DNA of 64,000 nt from a bacterium (GTDB lineage: Bacteria > Hinthialibacterota > Hinthialibacteria > Hinthialibacterales > Hinthialibacteraceae): assembly GCA_016125385.1 (NCBI GenBank), contig WGLV01000021.1, forward strand, positions 31,429 through 95,428, written 5' to 3'. Each line of letters starts with the position of its first letter. The stretch's first letter is position 1. Positions 10,606 to 19,903 of this stretch are shown piece after piece. Both the position numbers and the translations under genes were made by a program. Below the pieces are notes generated by a model that did no database searches, was not told where the DNA came from, and was given only the letters and a program-made list of their open reading frames with translations.

Positions 10606-12510
10606 ATGAAAAAACGGCTGTTGTTGATCTGTTACGCGCTACTCGCGGCGATCGTTTCGGCGCCGGTTTACGCGGGCGGGCCGCTGGTCGTATATAATGG
10701 GCAGGCCGCCGTCTGGCCCAGCAGCCGCCTGCCCGCCGAATACGTGCTCGACACCGGTCCGCTGGGGCCTTTTTCAAACTCCAAAGCCAACAGCATGGTG
10801 GAGACCGCCTTCAACCAGTGGCAATCAGTCGACGGCGCGTTGATGAGTTTTCACCGGTCTTCCCGGTATTCATTTCTGAGCGACGTCAACTCATCCAACT
10901 ATCAAAGTTCGCTCAACTCGCTTCCTTCGTATATCAACCCGGTTATCTACGATGACGACGGCGAGATCATTGACCTCATTTTTGGTAACAACGCGAAGAA
11001 CAACGTGCTGGGCGGCTCAAGCCCGCAGACCTTCGGTTCGCAGATCACCCGCGTCATCACGATTTTCAACGGATACTTCTTCAAGCGCTACAACATCTCC
11101 GAGCAGGACGTGATGGTCACGCTGATGCACGAGTTCGGCCATTTCGCCGGGCTCGATCACTCGCAGCATTCACGCGCATTCGTGTTCAACAACATCCCCG
11201 AAGACGACGCCATTTTTTCGGCGATGTACCCGACGTCGTCGGACTCGGCCGAGTTCAGGCCGCTGCTCACTCTCGACGACCGCACCGCCATATCGAATCT
11301 ATACCCCACCAGCAACCATACCGCGTCAACGGGGCGCGTAACGGGTTCGGTCAAACGTGGCAGCACGCAGGTCCCCGGAGTAAACGTCGTATTAACCGGC
11401 GTGAGCGATCCGTTCAACACGCTCCTGACCACGGTAACGGGCACGTATGACGCCAATCAGGGGACGTTTGAATTCGAGGGCGTTCCGCCGGGCGACTACA
11501 GGCTCAGCATCGAGGCGATCGACCCGATCTTTTATGGAGCGTCGAGCGTGGGGCAATACGCATCAACAAGCAGCGGCCGCTCGTTCAAGACACCGGTGAA
11601 AACCGAATATTACAACGCCAGCGACGCCGCCAGCGAAGGACGCAGCCTGAACAAGGTCATCACCGTCAAGAAGAATCAGACGCTTTCTAACATCAACCTC
11701 AATCCAAGCAGCGGCAACGCGACCGACGACGAGCGCTTCTCAGCCCTGTTGCCGGTGGGCGGCCTGCTGAAAGCCTGGGCGGCGTCGGGTTTCGTCAATC
11801 CCGATATTCCCGGCGAGTTTCTGCTTGAACCGCAAGGCGATGAAAACCGGCTTGAGGTGCGGATCGATTTCGAGCGTTCGGTGAATTATTACATCGAAGC
11901 CAAACAGGAAACCAGCTCAAATTCATTCAGCACGAAAGAGTTTCGCGGAACGGGACAAAGCGTGTCAATCGAGTTAGGTCCAGGAGGCGACTTCGGGCTG
12001 GACCGCGATCGATATTTTTTCAACGTGGTGTCGTTTGAAGGCGAGGACCTGCCCTTCACCATCACAGTCGACGATCATCAGCAGCCCACGCCCACGCCAA
12101 CCGATACGCCGACGCCCGCGCCGACGGCGACGTTGACTCCAACCCGAACGCCCACCCCCACACGCACTCCGACGCCGACGAAGACGCCTACGCCGACCAG
12201 AACCCCCACGCCGACCCGGACGCCCACCGTCACCCCGGCGCCCACCGCAACGAAAACGCCCACGCCCGCTCCCAGCGCGACGCCCTACCCGATCTCGCTG
12301 GCCGACCTGAACGGAGACGGGACGCTCGACAAGTTCGATCTGTTCGCTTTTTCTTCAGATTGGGATATGACGGGCGCCGCACGCTTTTCAGGAGCGCTGG
12401 TGGACCAGAACGGCAAGCTCGACCGGGAGGGATTATTGCAATGGCTGGCGCGGCGGCGCGCCTGGCTCGACAGCCAGCAAAACTCGGCGCCCTCGGCCAA
12501 CGGCCAATAA
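10606..12510 (+). CDS. Secreted matrixin-like zinc metalloprotease paralog with a Pro/Thr linker and a C-terminal dockerin-like module
   Basis: It has a signal peptide. [12 protein letters not shown] plus SAMYPTS is a near-perfect MMP signature and Met-turn. It carries the same CarboxypepD_reg-like block as the upstream paralog. The [12 protein letters not shown] linker is followed by [18 protein letters not shown], a dockerin/EF-hand-like Ca-binding repeat. Confidence 0.7.
   Translation: MKKRLLLICYALLAAIVSAPVYAGGPLVVYNGQAAVWPSSRLPAEYVLDTGPLGPFSNSKANSMVETAFNQWQSVDGALMSFHRSSRYSFLSDVNSSNYQSSLNSLPSYINPVIYDDDGEIIDLIFGNNAKNNVLGGSSPQTFGSQITRVITIFNGYFFKRYNISEQDVMVTLMHEFGHFAGLDHSQHSRAFVFNNIPEDDAIFSAMYPTSSDSAEFRPLLTLDDRTAISNLYPTSNHTASTGRVTGSVKRGSTQVPGVNVVLTGVSDPFNTLLTTVTGTYDANQGTFEFEGVPPGDYRLSIEAIDPIFYGASSVGQYASTSSGRSFKTPVKTEYYNASDAASEGRSLNKVITVKKNQTLSNINLNPSSGNATDDERFSALLPVGGLLKAWAASGFVNPDIPGEFLLEPQGDENRLEVRIDFERSVNYYIEAKQETSSNSFSTKEFRGTGQSVSIELGPGGDFGLDRDRYFFNVVSFEGEDLPFTITVDDHQQPTPTPTDTPTPAPTATLTPTRTPTPTRTPTPTKTPTPTRTPTPTRTPTVTPAPTATKTPTPAPSATPYPISLADLNGDGTLDKFDLFAFSSDWDMTGAARFSGALVDQNGKLDREGLLQWLARRRAWLDSQQNSAPSANGQ
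12075..12290. repeat. Imperfect tandem coding repeat (ACGCCSACS units) that encodes the Thr/Pro linker
   Basis: Directly visible as reiterated acgcccacgcc / acgccgac units. The antisense ORF GVGVGV at 12078..12263 is an artefact of this repeat. Confidence 0.6.
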
Positions 12511-12547
12511 TGTTGATTTCATCCGCGAACTGAACTTTTCGAAAGCG

Positions 12548-14047
12548 CTAGTCGTTTTCTTTGCGCAACAGATCGCGCAGTTTTTCTTTCTGAATCTTAC
12601 GGGTCGCGGTTTTGGGCAACTCGGGCAGGAACTGAAACCCGACGGGGACCTTATACTCGCCCAGATGCTGGCGGCAATGTTTGCGCAGAGCCGATTCGGT
12701 GACGCCTTCGGCGTTTTCATCCACCGCGATAAAGGCGAAGGGCGTTTCGGTGCGCAGGGCGTCAGCCTTCGCCACCACCGCCGCCTCGGTCACGCCGGGA
12801 AAGCGCATGAGCGTCTCTTCAATTTCACGCGGATAAATGTTTTCACCGCCGCAGAGAATCACGTCTTTGCTGCGGCCCACAATGCGCAGAAAGCCTTCAT
12901 CCAGTTTCATGCCCAGATCGCCGGTACGCAGCCAGCCGTCTTCAAAAAAGACCGCTTCGGTCGCGGCGGGATTTTTGTAATACCCCTTCATGACCAGATC
13001 GCCCTGGACGCATAATTCGCCAACTTCGCCGCCGGGAACGGGAGAGCCGTTTTCATCGCGCATCTCCACCTTCACGCCGGGCAGCGGAAGACCGATGGTA
13101 CCCACGCGGTTGATTCCCGGGCGGTTCACCGCGACGGCGGGCGATGTTTCGGTCAGGCCATAGCCTTCAAGAATGGGATGTTGAAAACGTGAATCGAAGT
13201 AGTGAAACACGTCTGACGGCAACGGTCCGCCGCCGGAGGCGACCACGCGCAGGTTGTGCTTTTCAGCCGCGTCAGGCGGCGCGAAACGCGCCGTCATCAT
13301 CAGCATCGGAGGAACCGCGAGCAAGATGATGTTGGGCTGGGTCATAATGGTTTCGACCAGTTTTTGCGGCGAAAACTGAGGAAACAGAACGATCCGCGCT
13401 CCATTCACCAGCGCGCCGAACAAGACCACCGTCATCGCGAAGGTGTGAAACAGCGGCAACACGCACGGGAATGTGTCTTTTTCATTAAAATCAAACACCT
13501 GACAGAACGAAATGACGTTGCTGTGGATGTTCTGGTGAGAGAGCATGACGCCCTTGGGGTCGCCGGTGGTACCCGAGGTGTACAGAATCATCGAGAGGTC
13601 GTCTTCGCCGGCGGCGGGAGCGAGCGGCGAGGGGTCGGGCTCGCCGTCCTGCAACAGCTCGGCGGCCGACACGGCGGCGACGTCAATCTGAGCCAGTTCA
13701 GCGGCCTGACGCGCCTTGTCTTCGAGCACGGGATCATATATCAGGACGCCGCATTCACCGTGAGAGAGCAAAACCGCCAGCTCTTCGGGATTGAGCAGCG
13801 GATTAAACGGAACCGCGACATGGCCCGCGCCCAGCAGACCGAACAGCGCCAGCGGAAAATACGGCGTGTTGGGGATCAACAGGGCGACGTTGCGGCGCTC
13901 GGCTCCAAACCGGCGCAGCAGGGCGTGGCCGAGCACATTCGACCGGCCGAACAGTTCAGCATACGTAAAGCGCCCCACGTCGCCATCAAGGGCGATGGAG
14001 TTCGCGTATTTTTGCGCGGCTTCAACGATCGTGGAATACAGTTCCAT
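12548..14047 (-). CDS. AMP-dependent synthetase / long-chain fatty acid--CoA ligase
   Basis: It has the AMP-binding signature LYTSGTTGDPKGV, GYGLTE, and a C-terminal PKTATRKIQK lysine motif. Confidence 0.8.
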   Translation of the reverse strand: MELYSTIVEAAQKYANSIALDGDVGRFTYAELFGRSNVLGHALLRRFGAERRNVALLIPNTPYFPLALFGLLGAGHVAVPFNPLLNPEELAVLLSHGECGVLIYDPVLEDKARQAAELAQIDVAAVSAAELLQDGEPDPSPLAPAAGEDDLSMILYTSGTTGDPKGVMLSHQNIHSNVISFCQVFDFNEKDTFPCVLPLFHTFAMTVVLFGALVNGARIVLFPQFSPQKLVETIMTQPNIILLAVPPMLMMTARFAPPDAAEKHNLRVVASGGGPLPSDVFHYFDSRFQHPILEGYGLTETSPAVAVNRPGINRVGTIGLPLPGVKVEMRDENGSPVPGGEVGELCVQGDLVMKGYYKNPAATEAVFFEDGWLRTGDLGMKLDEGFLRIVGRSKDVILCGGENIYPREIEETLMRFPGVTEAAVVAKADALRTETPFAFIAVDENAEGVTESALRKHCRQHLGEYKVPVGFQFLPELPKTATRKIQKEKLRDLLRKEND

Positions 14048-14126
14048 AAATCCGCTTCCCCCGTCATCTCAAATTCGCACAAGAAGCAATGTATTCAGGA
14101 AGAAAAAAGAATACCACATTCCATGC

Positions 14127-15038
14127 TCAGGTAAACGGAGCGGCGACGGGGAGCCCGTCATTCGGTCCGGGTTCACCCGCCCGGTTTTTGAAGCTCAGTT
14201 CAAACAAAACCGCCTCGGGAGGGCGAAACAGGCGGGGCCGGGTGATCCGGCTCGAACCTAACCCGCCGGAGGTATAGAAGAGCGTCCCGTTGAGTGCGGT
14301 GAGGCCATAGGCGTACGATCGGGGCGCGCGGGTGCGGGTGACGATGGGGCCGTAAAACGGCAGGCATATCTGACCGCCATGCGTATGGCCGCTGAAGACC
14401 ATGCTGGCGCCGGCGCGGGCGAGTTCACGATAGCGTTCGGGCGCGTGCGCCAGGGTCAGAATGACGCTCTCCGGATCGAGCCCGGCGAACGCCGCTTCGA
14501 TATCGTCACGTTCGAGATAGGGGTCGTCGACGCCCGCGACGGACAGCGGCGCGCCGTCGACCTCCAGCGTCACGCTCTGGTTGATCAGCACGTTGACGCC
14601 GATGTCACGCAACGAAGCGATCAGGCGTTCAGAATCGTTAAACCGCACCATGCGGTCTCTGAGTTCGCCTCGCGGGATGAAGTCATCGGAGCGAAACAGC
14701 ACGTAATCGTGATTGCCCAGCACGGCGTATACGCCCAGCGCGGGCTGAAACGGTTTCAGCGCCTCGACGCAGAGTTCGATGCCCGAATCGTCGTCGATCA
14801 TGTCGCCGGTGATGAAAACCAGGTCGGCGGGTTCTTCGGCGAGTTTCCACAAATAATCGCGCCGCGCGGTTCGCCCCTCGAAAAAGTGGAAATCGGAGAG
14901 ATGAAGCACGCGCAGGGTCCGTTGAAAGGGACCGTTCATTTCGAGCGGGATCCGCCGCAAGACGAAGCGGTTCGGTTCGATAAACCAGGCGTACCATCCC
15001 GCGCCCGCGATCGCCGCGGCCGCCGCGTAAATAAACAT
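14127..15038 (-). CDS. Calcineurin-like metallophosphoesterase, N-terminal TM anchor
   Basis: The motifs GDMIDDD, GNHDY and GHTHGGQ are spaced as in the YkuE/MPP family. Confidence 0.75.
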   Translation of the reverse strand: MFIYAAAAAIAGAGWYAWFIEPNRFVLRRIPLEMNGPFQRTLRVLHLSDFHFFEGRTARRDYLWKLAEEPADLVFITGDMIDDDSGIELCVEALKPFQPALGVYAVLGNHDYVLFRSDDFIPRGELRDRMVRFNDSERLIASLRDIGVNVLINQSVTLEVDGAPLSVAGVDDPYLERDDIEAAFAGLDPESVILTLAHAPERYRELARAGASMVFSGHTHGGQICLPFYGPIVTRTRAPRSYAYGLTALNGTLFYTSGGLGSSRITRPRLFRPPEAVLFELSFKNRAGEPGPNDGLPVAAPFT

Positions 15039-15187
15039 CGTGTTTCCGCTCTCCCATCCTGACGTAATTTCGACTTCATTCTCATTATTGTGGCGAACGC
15101 ACGGCGATCAATCCCACGGGCGGCGCTTGATTTCAACGCAAGGTTTTGCGAAGGTTATTGACCATGTCTATCGGGAGGAACCAAACG

Positions 15188-16378
15188 ATGAAGCGATTTC
15201 ACTGGATTCAATTTACGGCGATCACGGCGGGGCTGTGCCTGTTCGCGGCGGCGGCGTCAGCCGACGGCATGCTCGACGACCTCGTCATGAAAAAAGACTT
15301 CAAGAGCAAGCGCGTCTCGAGCTTCGACCGCAGCGGCGGCAACGCCGACCGCGCGGTGATCGAACCCGGCGCCACGCTGACGCTGGCCGAGATCGAGGGC
15401 GCGGGAATCATCAAGCACATCTGGGTGACGATCAACCATCCAGACCGGCTCTACCGGCGCAACCTGATTCTGCGCATGTACTGGGACGGCGAAGAAAACC
15501 CCAGCGTCGAATCGCCGATAGGCGATTTCTTCGGGCAGGGATGGGGCGAGGAATACAACTTCGTCTCCATGCCGCTGGTGGCGTCGCCTGGCGGCGGCAA
15601 GGCATTGAACTGTTTCTTCTCGATGCCCTTCTCCAAAGGGGCGCGCATCACGGTGGAGAACGACTCGGCCGAACCCTGCCGCGCGTTCTATTACTACATC
15701 GACTATCAGGAGCACAAGCGCATATCAAAAGACGCGTACCGCTTTCACGCCTGGTACAATCAGGAAATCACCGAGCCCTGGAAGGGCGATGAAAACGAAT
15801 GGGGCACGTTGCGCGACACGGACGACAACACCTCCAACGAACACAACTACCTGTTCGTCGACGCCGAGGGCGAAGGTCATTACGTGGGCGTGAACTACTA
15901 CGTCAACTGCCCGTCGCCGATGTGGTACGGCGAAGGCGACGACATGTTTCAGATCGACGGCGAACCGTATCCCTATTCGCTGCACGGTACCGGGACGGAA
16001 GATTACTTCTGCTCGAGCTGGTGCCCCAAAGAAGTCTTTCTGAGCCCATTCTTCGGGTATCCGCGCGTTAATAACAACCTCGGCTGGCTGGGCCGCACCC
16101 ATTGCTACCGGTTTCACATTCAGGACCCGATCGTCTTTACCAAGAGCCTGAACGCGAGCATCGAACACGGTCACGCCAACAACATGACGCAGGAAATGGC
16201 TTCGGTGGCGTACTGGTATCAGAAAGAGCCGCACAAGCCGTTCCCCGCCCTGCCGGACCGCGAGGCGCGCAAGCCGAAGCCGGAGATCAACGCCAGCGAC
16301 ATCCACATCTGGCGCGACGCATGGCGGCGCGACATGGGCGGCGGCGTCCTATGGGGCAACGAACGCAAAGAGAAATAA
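15188..16378 (+). CDS. Secreted DUF2961 family protein (GH172-related)
   Basis: The internal ATG at 15188 is preceded by a GGAGGAA ribosome-binding site and is followed by a signal peptide (MKRFHWIQFTAITAGLCLFAAAASA). The HIWVTINHPDRLYRRNLILRMYWDGEE region is as I recall for DUF2961. The family assignment is from memory. Confidence 0.5.
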   Translation: MKRFHWIQFTAITAGLCLFAAAASADGMLDDLVMKKDFKSKRVSSFDRSGGNADRAVIEPGATLTLAEIEGAGIIKHIWVTINHPDRLYRRNLILRMYWDGEENPSVESPIGDFFGQGWGEEYNFVSMPLVASPGGGKALNCFFSMPFSKGARITVENDSAEPCRAFYYYIDYQEHKRISKDAYRFHAWYNQEITEPWKGDENEWGTLRDTDDNTSNEHNYLFVDAEGEGHYVGVNYYVNCPSPMWYGEGDDMFQIDGEPYPYSLHGTGTEDYFCSSWCPKEVFLSPFFGYPRVNNNLGWLGRTHCYRFHIQDPIVFTKSLNASIEHGHANNMTQEMASVAYWYQKEPHKPFPALPDREARKPKPEINASDIHIWRDAWRRDMGGGVLWGNERKEK

Positions 16379-16413
16379 CGGGCCGCTTAACCGGCATCCC
16401 GCCTTCCCGTCAG

Positions 16414-16454
16414 TAAAAAATCCTCCTCGATCAAGGGGGAGGATTTTTGTTTTC
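16414..16454. terminator. Rho-independent (bidirectional) terminator after the DUF2961 gene
   Basis: The sequence AAAAATCCTCC-tcgatcaa-GGGGAGGATTTTTgtttt forms a perfect 11-bp stem. It is flanked by an A-tract and a T-tract. Confidence 0.7.
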
Positions 16455-16548
16455 AGATACGACGGGTAAACCGAACCGGCGGCCCGAGCGTACAACAGAA
16501 CAACGCCGCCGCTATTCACAGGGCGATGCGGCGCAATAAGATACAGGC

Positions 16549-17262
16549 ATGAATCCACTGATCGGCATTACGAAAGACATGCTGCACGAGATCGAACCGC
16601 TGCGCTTTTCGGCGCCGGTGACGCACGTGTACAACCCGCTGGTCTACGCCTGGGCGCCACATGAACTCTACCTGCGCAAGTTCGGCGAAGGGCGCAAGGA
16701 AGCCGTGCTGCTCGGTATGAACCCCGGCCCGTGGGGCATGGCGCAAACCGGCGTGCCCTTCGGCGAGATCGAACTGGTGCGCGACTGGATGGGGGTGGAG
16801 GCTCCGGTGGGCAAGCCGGAAATCGAACACCCCAAACGCCCCATCGAGGGCTTCGGCTGCGCGCGCAGCGAAGTGAGCGGACGCCGCCTGTGGGGCTGGG
16901 CGCGCGAGCGTTTTCAAACGCCGGAGGCGTTTTTCGAACGCTTTTTCGTCATCAACTTCTGCCCGCTGTGTTTCATGGAAGAGAACGGCCGCAACTTCAC
17001 GCCCGACAAACTGCCCGCCGCCGAAAGCGCGCCGCTGATCGACGCGTGTTCGCGCGCGCTGCGCCGCATGGTGGAGACGCTGGAGCCGCGTTGCGTGGTG
17101 GGTGTGGGCGGTTTCGCTGAAAAGCAGGCGCGCGCCGCGCTGGAGGGCGCGGGCGTGACCGTCGGCAAGATACTTCACCCCAGCCCGGCCAGCCCCGCCG
17201 CCAACAAGGGCTGGGCGCTCAAGGCCACGCGCGAGCTGCTTCAACTGGGGATCAAGGTGTGA
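16549..17262 (+). CDS. SMUG-type (family 3) uracil-DNA glycosylase
   Basis: LLGMNPGPWGMAQTGVPFGE closely matches the SMUG1 active-site motif GMNPGPFGMAQTGVPFGE as I recall it. Confidence 0.65.
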   Translation: MNPLIGITKDMLHEIEPLRFSAPVTHVYNPLVYAWAPHELYLRKFGEGRKEAVLLGMNPGPWGMAQTGVPFGEIELVRDWMGVEAPVGKPEIEHPKRPIEGFGCARSEVSGRRLWGWARERFQTPEAFFERFFVINFCPLCFMEENGRNFTPDKLPAAESAPLIDACSRALRRMVETLEPRCVVGVGGFAEKQARAALEGAGVTVGKILHPSPASPAANKGWALKATRELLQLGIKV

Positions 17263-17365
17263 TCGTCTATTTTTCATCCATTCGGGATACGATCATGTTG
17301 ATTTCATTCGGGCGTGCATTTATTTTCACCCACCCCGCCCAATTTTATGGAAAGATGAGTTCAGC

Positions 17366-18505
17366 ATGGGCGCGACGGTTTTGATCGTGTGGCATGGGGC
17401 GCTGTTCCCCTCGTACCGCAAGCCGTTCAGGCTGCTGCAGGAGCGGCACGGCTGGAACGTGCATCTGCTCGCGGCGCGATCGTGGAGCAAGGCCATGCCG
17501 CGCGCCACGCGCTTCGTCCCCGAGCCGGACGAGCCGATCACGTTGCACGTGCAACGCGCGTGGGGAGCGATTCACGGCGCGGTGCATCTTCACCCGTTGC
17601 TGCCCCTGCTGATGCGCCAGGTCAAGCCGGACGTGCTGTACGTCATCGAAGAACCGTTTTCGCTGATGGCGTGGTTATGCGCCTACATGGCCACGCGCGG
17701 GGCGCCGCCGATCCCTTACGCGCTGTACACTTTTCAGGACATCTACAAAAAATACCCGCCGCCGTTCCGCTGGATGGAGCGCTTTACCCTGCGCCATGCG
17801 GCGCGGGTGTTATGCTCGAACGCGCAGGCGGGCGGCGTGGCGGCGCGCAAGGGCTACACGAGCCAGTGGGACGTGCTGCCTCCGCCGGTGAATCTCGACC
17901 GCTTCACCTACCGGAGACCGCGCCCCGGAGACGGGATGTTTGCGGTGGGGTATGTGGGCCGGCTGGCCGACGAAAAGGGTCTCGACACGCTGCTGTGGGC
18001 GCTGTCATACCTCAATGACGAGGTGCGGCTGCGCATCGCGGGCGACGGACCGGCGCGTCACCGGCTGGACGTACTGGCGCGCGAGCTGGGCGTGGCCGAG
18101 CGAGTCGCCTTCATGGGGCCGCTGCCGCATGAAGAACTGGCGGCGTTTTATCATGAATGCGACGCGGTCGTGTTGCCCTCGCGCGCGCGCCCCAACTGGC
18201 AGGAACAGTTCGGCCGCGTGTTGATCGAAGCGATGGCGTGCGGCGCACCGGTGATCGGCTCGCAGAGCGGCGCGATTCCCGGCGTGATCGGCGACGCTGG
18301 GCTGTTGTTTCCTGAAGGAGACGCGCAGGCGCTGGCCGATAAAATCAGCTGGCTGGCTGACGACGCGCGGCTGCGCGACGATCTGTCGCTGCGCGGGCGC
18401 GTCAGAGCCGAACAGCAGTATTCGGCCGAGCGCATCGCGCAACGATTGAATGAACACCTGAGCGGCATTTTGAACGCGCCGGCTAAACACTCTCAAGCAG
18501 GATAA
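17366..18505 (+). CDS. Glycosyltransferase family 4
   Basis: The C-terminal GT-B domain carries GYVGRLADEKG....EQFGRVLIEAMACGAPVIGS, an EX7E-type motif. Confidence 0.75.
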   Translation: MGATVLIVWHGALFPSYRKPFRLLQERHGWNVHLLAARSWSKAMPRATRFVPEPDEPITLHVQRAWGAIHGAVHLHPLLPLLMRQVKPDVLYVIEEPFSLMAWLCAYMATRGAPPIPYALYTFQDIYKKYPPPFRWMERFTLRHAARVLCSNAQAGGVAARKGYTSQWDVLPPPVNLDRFTYRRPRPGDGMFAVGYVGRLADEKGLDTLLWALSYLNDEVRLRIAGDGPARHRLDVLARELGVAERVAFMGPLPHEELAAFYHECDAVVLPSRARPNWQEQFGRVLIEAMACGAPVIGSQSGAIPGVIGDAGLLFPEGDAQALADKISWLADDARLRDDLSLRGRVRAEQQYSAERIAQRLNEHLSGILNAPAKHSQAG

Positions 18506-18507
18506 TT

Positions 18508-19584
18508 ATGCACCTTGTCATCAACGCGCTCTGTATCAACAACCGCAGCGGAACGGGTCGCTACGTCCACGGCCTGCTGGATGGACTGATTCAACTCGGC
18601 GATCGCGGCACGCGCGTTTCAGCGTTAATCCCCGCCGATTTCCACTTGCCCTCAGCGTGGGGCGCGAGCGAGCGGGTCCGGTTTTACACCGTCGCGGTGA
18701 AAAGCGCGGCGGCGCGCGTCGCCTTCGAACAATTCGGTCTTGCGCGGATGGCGCGCCGGCTGAAAGCGGACGTACTTCACTCGCCCGCCTTCGTGGGACC
18801 GATCGTTACCGGCGGATCGTTTAAGCAGGCGGTGACCGTTCACGATCTCGCGTTTCTAAAGTATCCCGAAACGATTCCCTTCGCGCGGCGGGCGTATTAC
18901 CGCTGGGCGATTCCACGTTCGATCGCGCGGGCCGATCTCGTTATCACCGACGCGAACGCCATCGCCGATGAAGTGCGCGCGCGATGGCCAAAAGCGAACG
19001 TGCAGTCATCCGCGCTGGGGGTGAGCGAAACGTTCACTCCCGAGCCGTCGCCGGGCGATCGGGCCATTCTGGAAAAACATGCGCTGCGTGGGGGGTATGT
19101 TCTGTTTGTGGGGACGCGCGAACCGCGCAAGAATCTCAAGACATTGCTGGCGGCGTATTCCATCGCGCGGACGCGCGGCGTGAAGATGACGCTTGCGCTG
19201 GCGGGGCGGTATGGATGGATGCAGGACGATCTCTCGCTGGACGCGCCCGGCGTAAAGACACTGGGGTTCGTCGACGACACGGATCTACCCGCGCTGTATC
19301 GCGGCGCGCGGGCGCTGGCGGCTCCATCGCTGTACGAGGGGTTCGATCTGCCCGCCGCCGAGGCGCTCGCCTGCGGCGCGCCGCTGCTGGCGTCCGACAT
19401 CGCCGCACATCGCGAGATTCTGAAGGGGTGCGAATTGATCGACCCGCGCAATATGGCGGCGTGGGTGGAGGCGCTGGCGCGCGCGGCGGAAGGCGGCGTC
19501 AAAACGAAGGCCGTCTTCAACCGGAGTTGGAAGACGGCCGCGGAAGAGACGTTGAATCTGATGCGCGATCCGGCTGGCGATTAA
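18508..19584 (+). CDS. Glycosyltransferase family 4 (mannosyltransferase-like)
   Basis: It starts 3 nt after the previous GT4 gene. FVGTREPRKN...PSLYEGFDLPAAEALACGAPLLASD is the typical GT4 C-terminal motif. Confidence 0.75.
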   Translation: MHLVINALCINNRSGTGRYVHGLLDGLIQLGDRGTRVSALIPADFHLPSAWGASERVRFYTVAVKSAAARVAFEQFGLARMARRLKADVLHSPAFVGPIVTGGSFKQAVTVHDLAFLKYPETIPFARRAYYRWAIPRSIARADLVITDANAIADEVRARWPKANVQSSALGVSETFTPEPSPGDRAILEKHALRGGYVLFVGTREPRKNLKTLLAAYSIARTRGVKMTLALAGRYGWMQDDLSLDAPGVKTLGFVDDTDLPALYRGARALAAPSLYEGFDLPAAEALACGAPLLASDIAAHREILKGCELIDPRNMAAWVEALARAAEGGVKTKAVFNRSWKTAAEETLNLMRDPAGD

Positions 19585-19739
19585 TTTCGTTTTGCTGGAC
19601 CCAGAGCCCATTTCATGTAACGCGCCCTTGGGTAAAACTTTTCCCGCTCAAGAGACGCTCCGCCCAAAGTCTCATTCGCATGCAAAAGTTTCGCCCGGCG
19701 GGCGCAACCTACGCGATCGCTTTCAGCGGATTGGTTTCT

Positions 19740-19892
19740 TCAATGTTTCGTCATCTCGATGGTGACGACGTTTTTCTTATTCTTGCCGCAGTTGCAGCAG
19801 TCTTTTTTCGACGCCGAACCAATGAACGAGCGAACCACATACGCGGCGCAGGCCGCGACGATGAGCAGCGCGATGATTTCCTGAAAACCCAT
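19740..19892 (-). CDS. FeoB-associated Cys-rich small membrane protein (about 50 aa)
   Basis: An internal ATG at 19892 gives MGFQEIIALLIVAACAAYVVRSFIGSASKKDCCNCGKNKK.... A strong ribosome-binding site (AAGGAGGATAGG) is present. It lies immediately downstream of feoB. Confidence 0.6.
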   Translation of the reverse strand: MGFQEIIALLIVAACAAYVVRSFIGSASKKDCCNCGKNKKNVVTIEMTKH

Positions 19893-19903
19893 CCTATCCT
19901 CCT

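Noticed and set aside
12078-12263. Antisense ORF encoding a poly-(GVGV) peptide
   Set aside because: It is an artefact of the Thr/Pro-linker tandem repeat read on the opposite strand.
15040-16306. Long Arg/Gly-rich ORFs overlapping the DUF2961 and SMUG genes on other frames (for example 15040..15792 plus strand, 15725..16306 minus strand, 16516..17277 minus strand)
   Set aside because: These are typical spurious open frames in high-GC DNA. They have no motifs, and they overlap well-supported genes.
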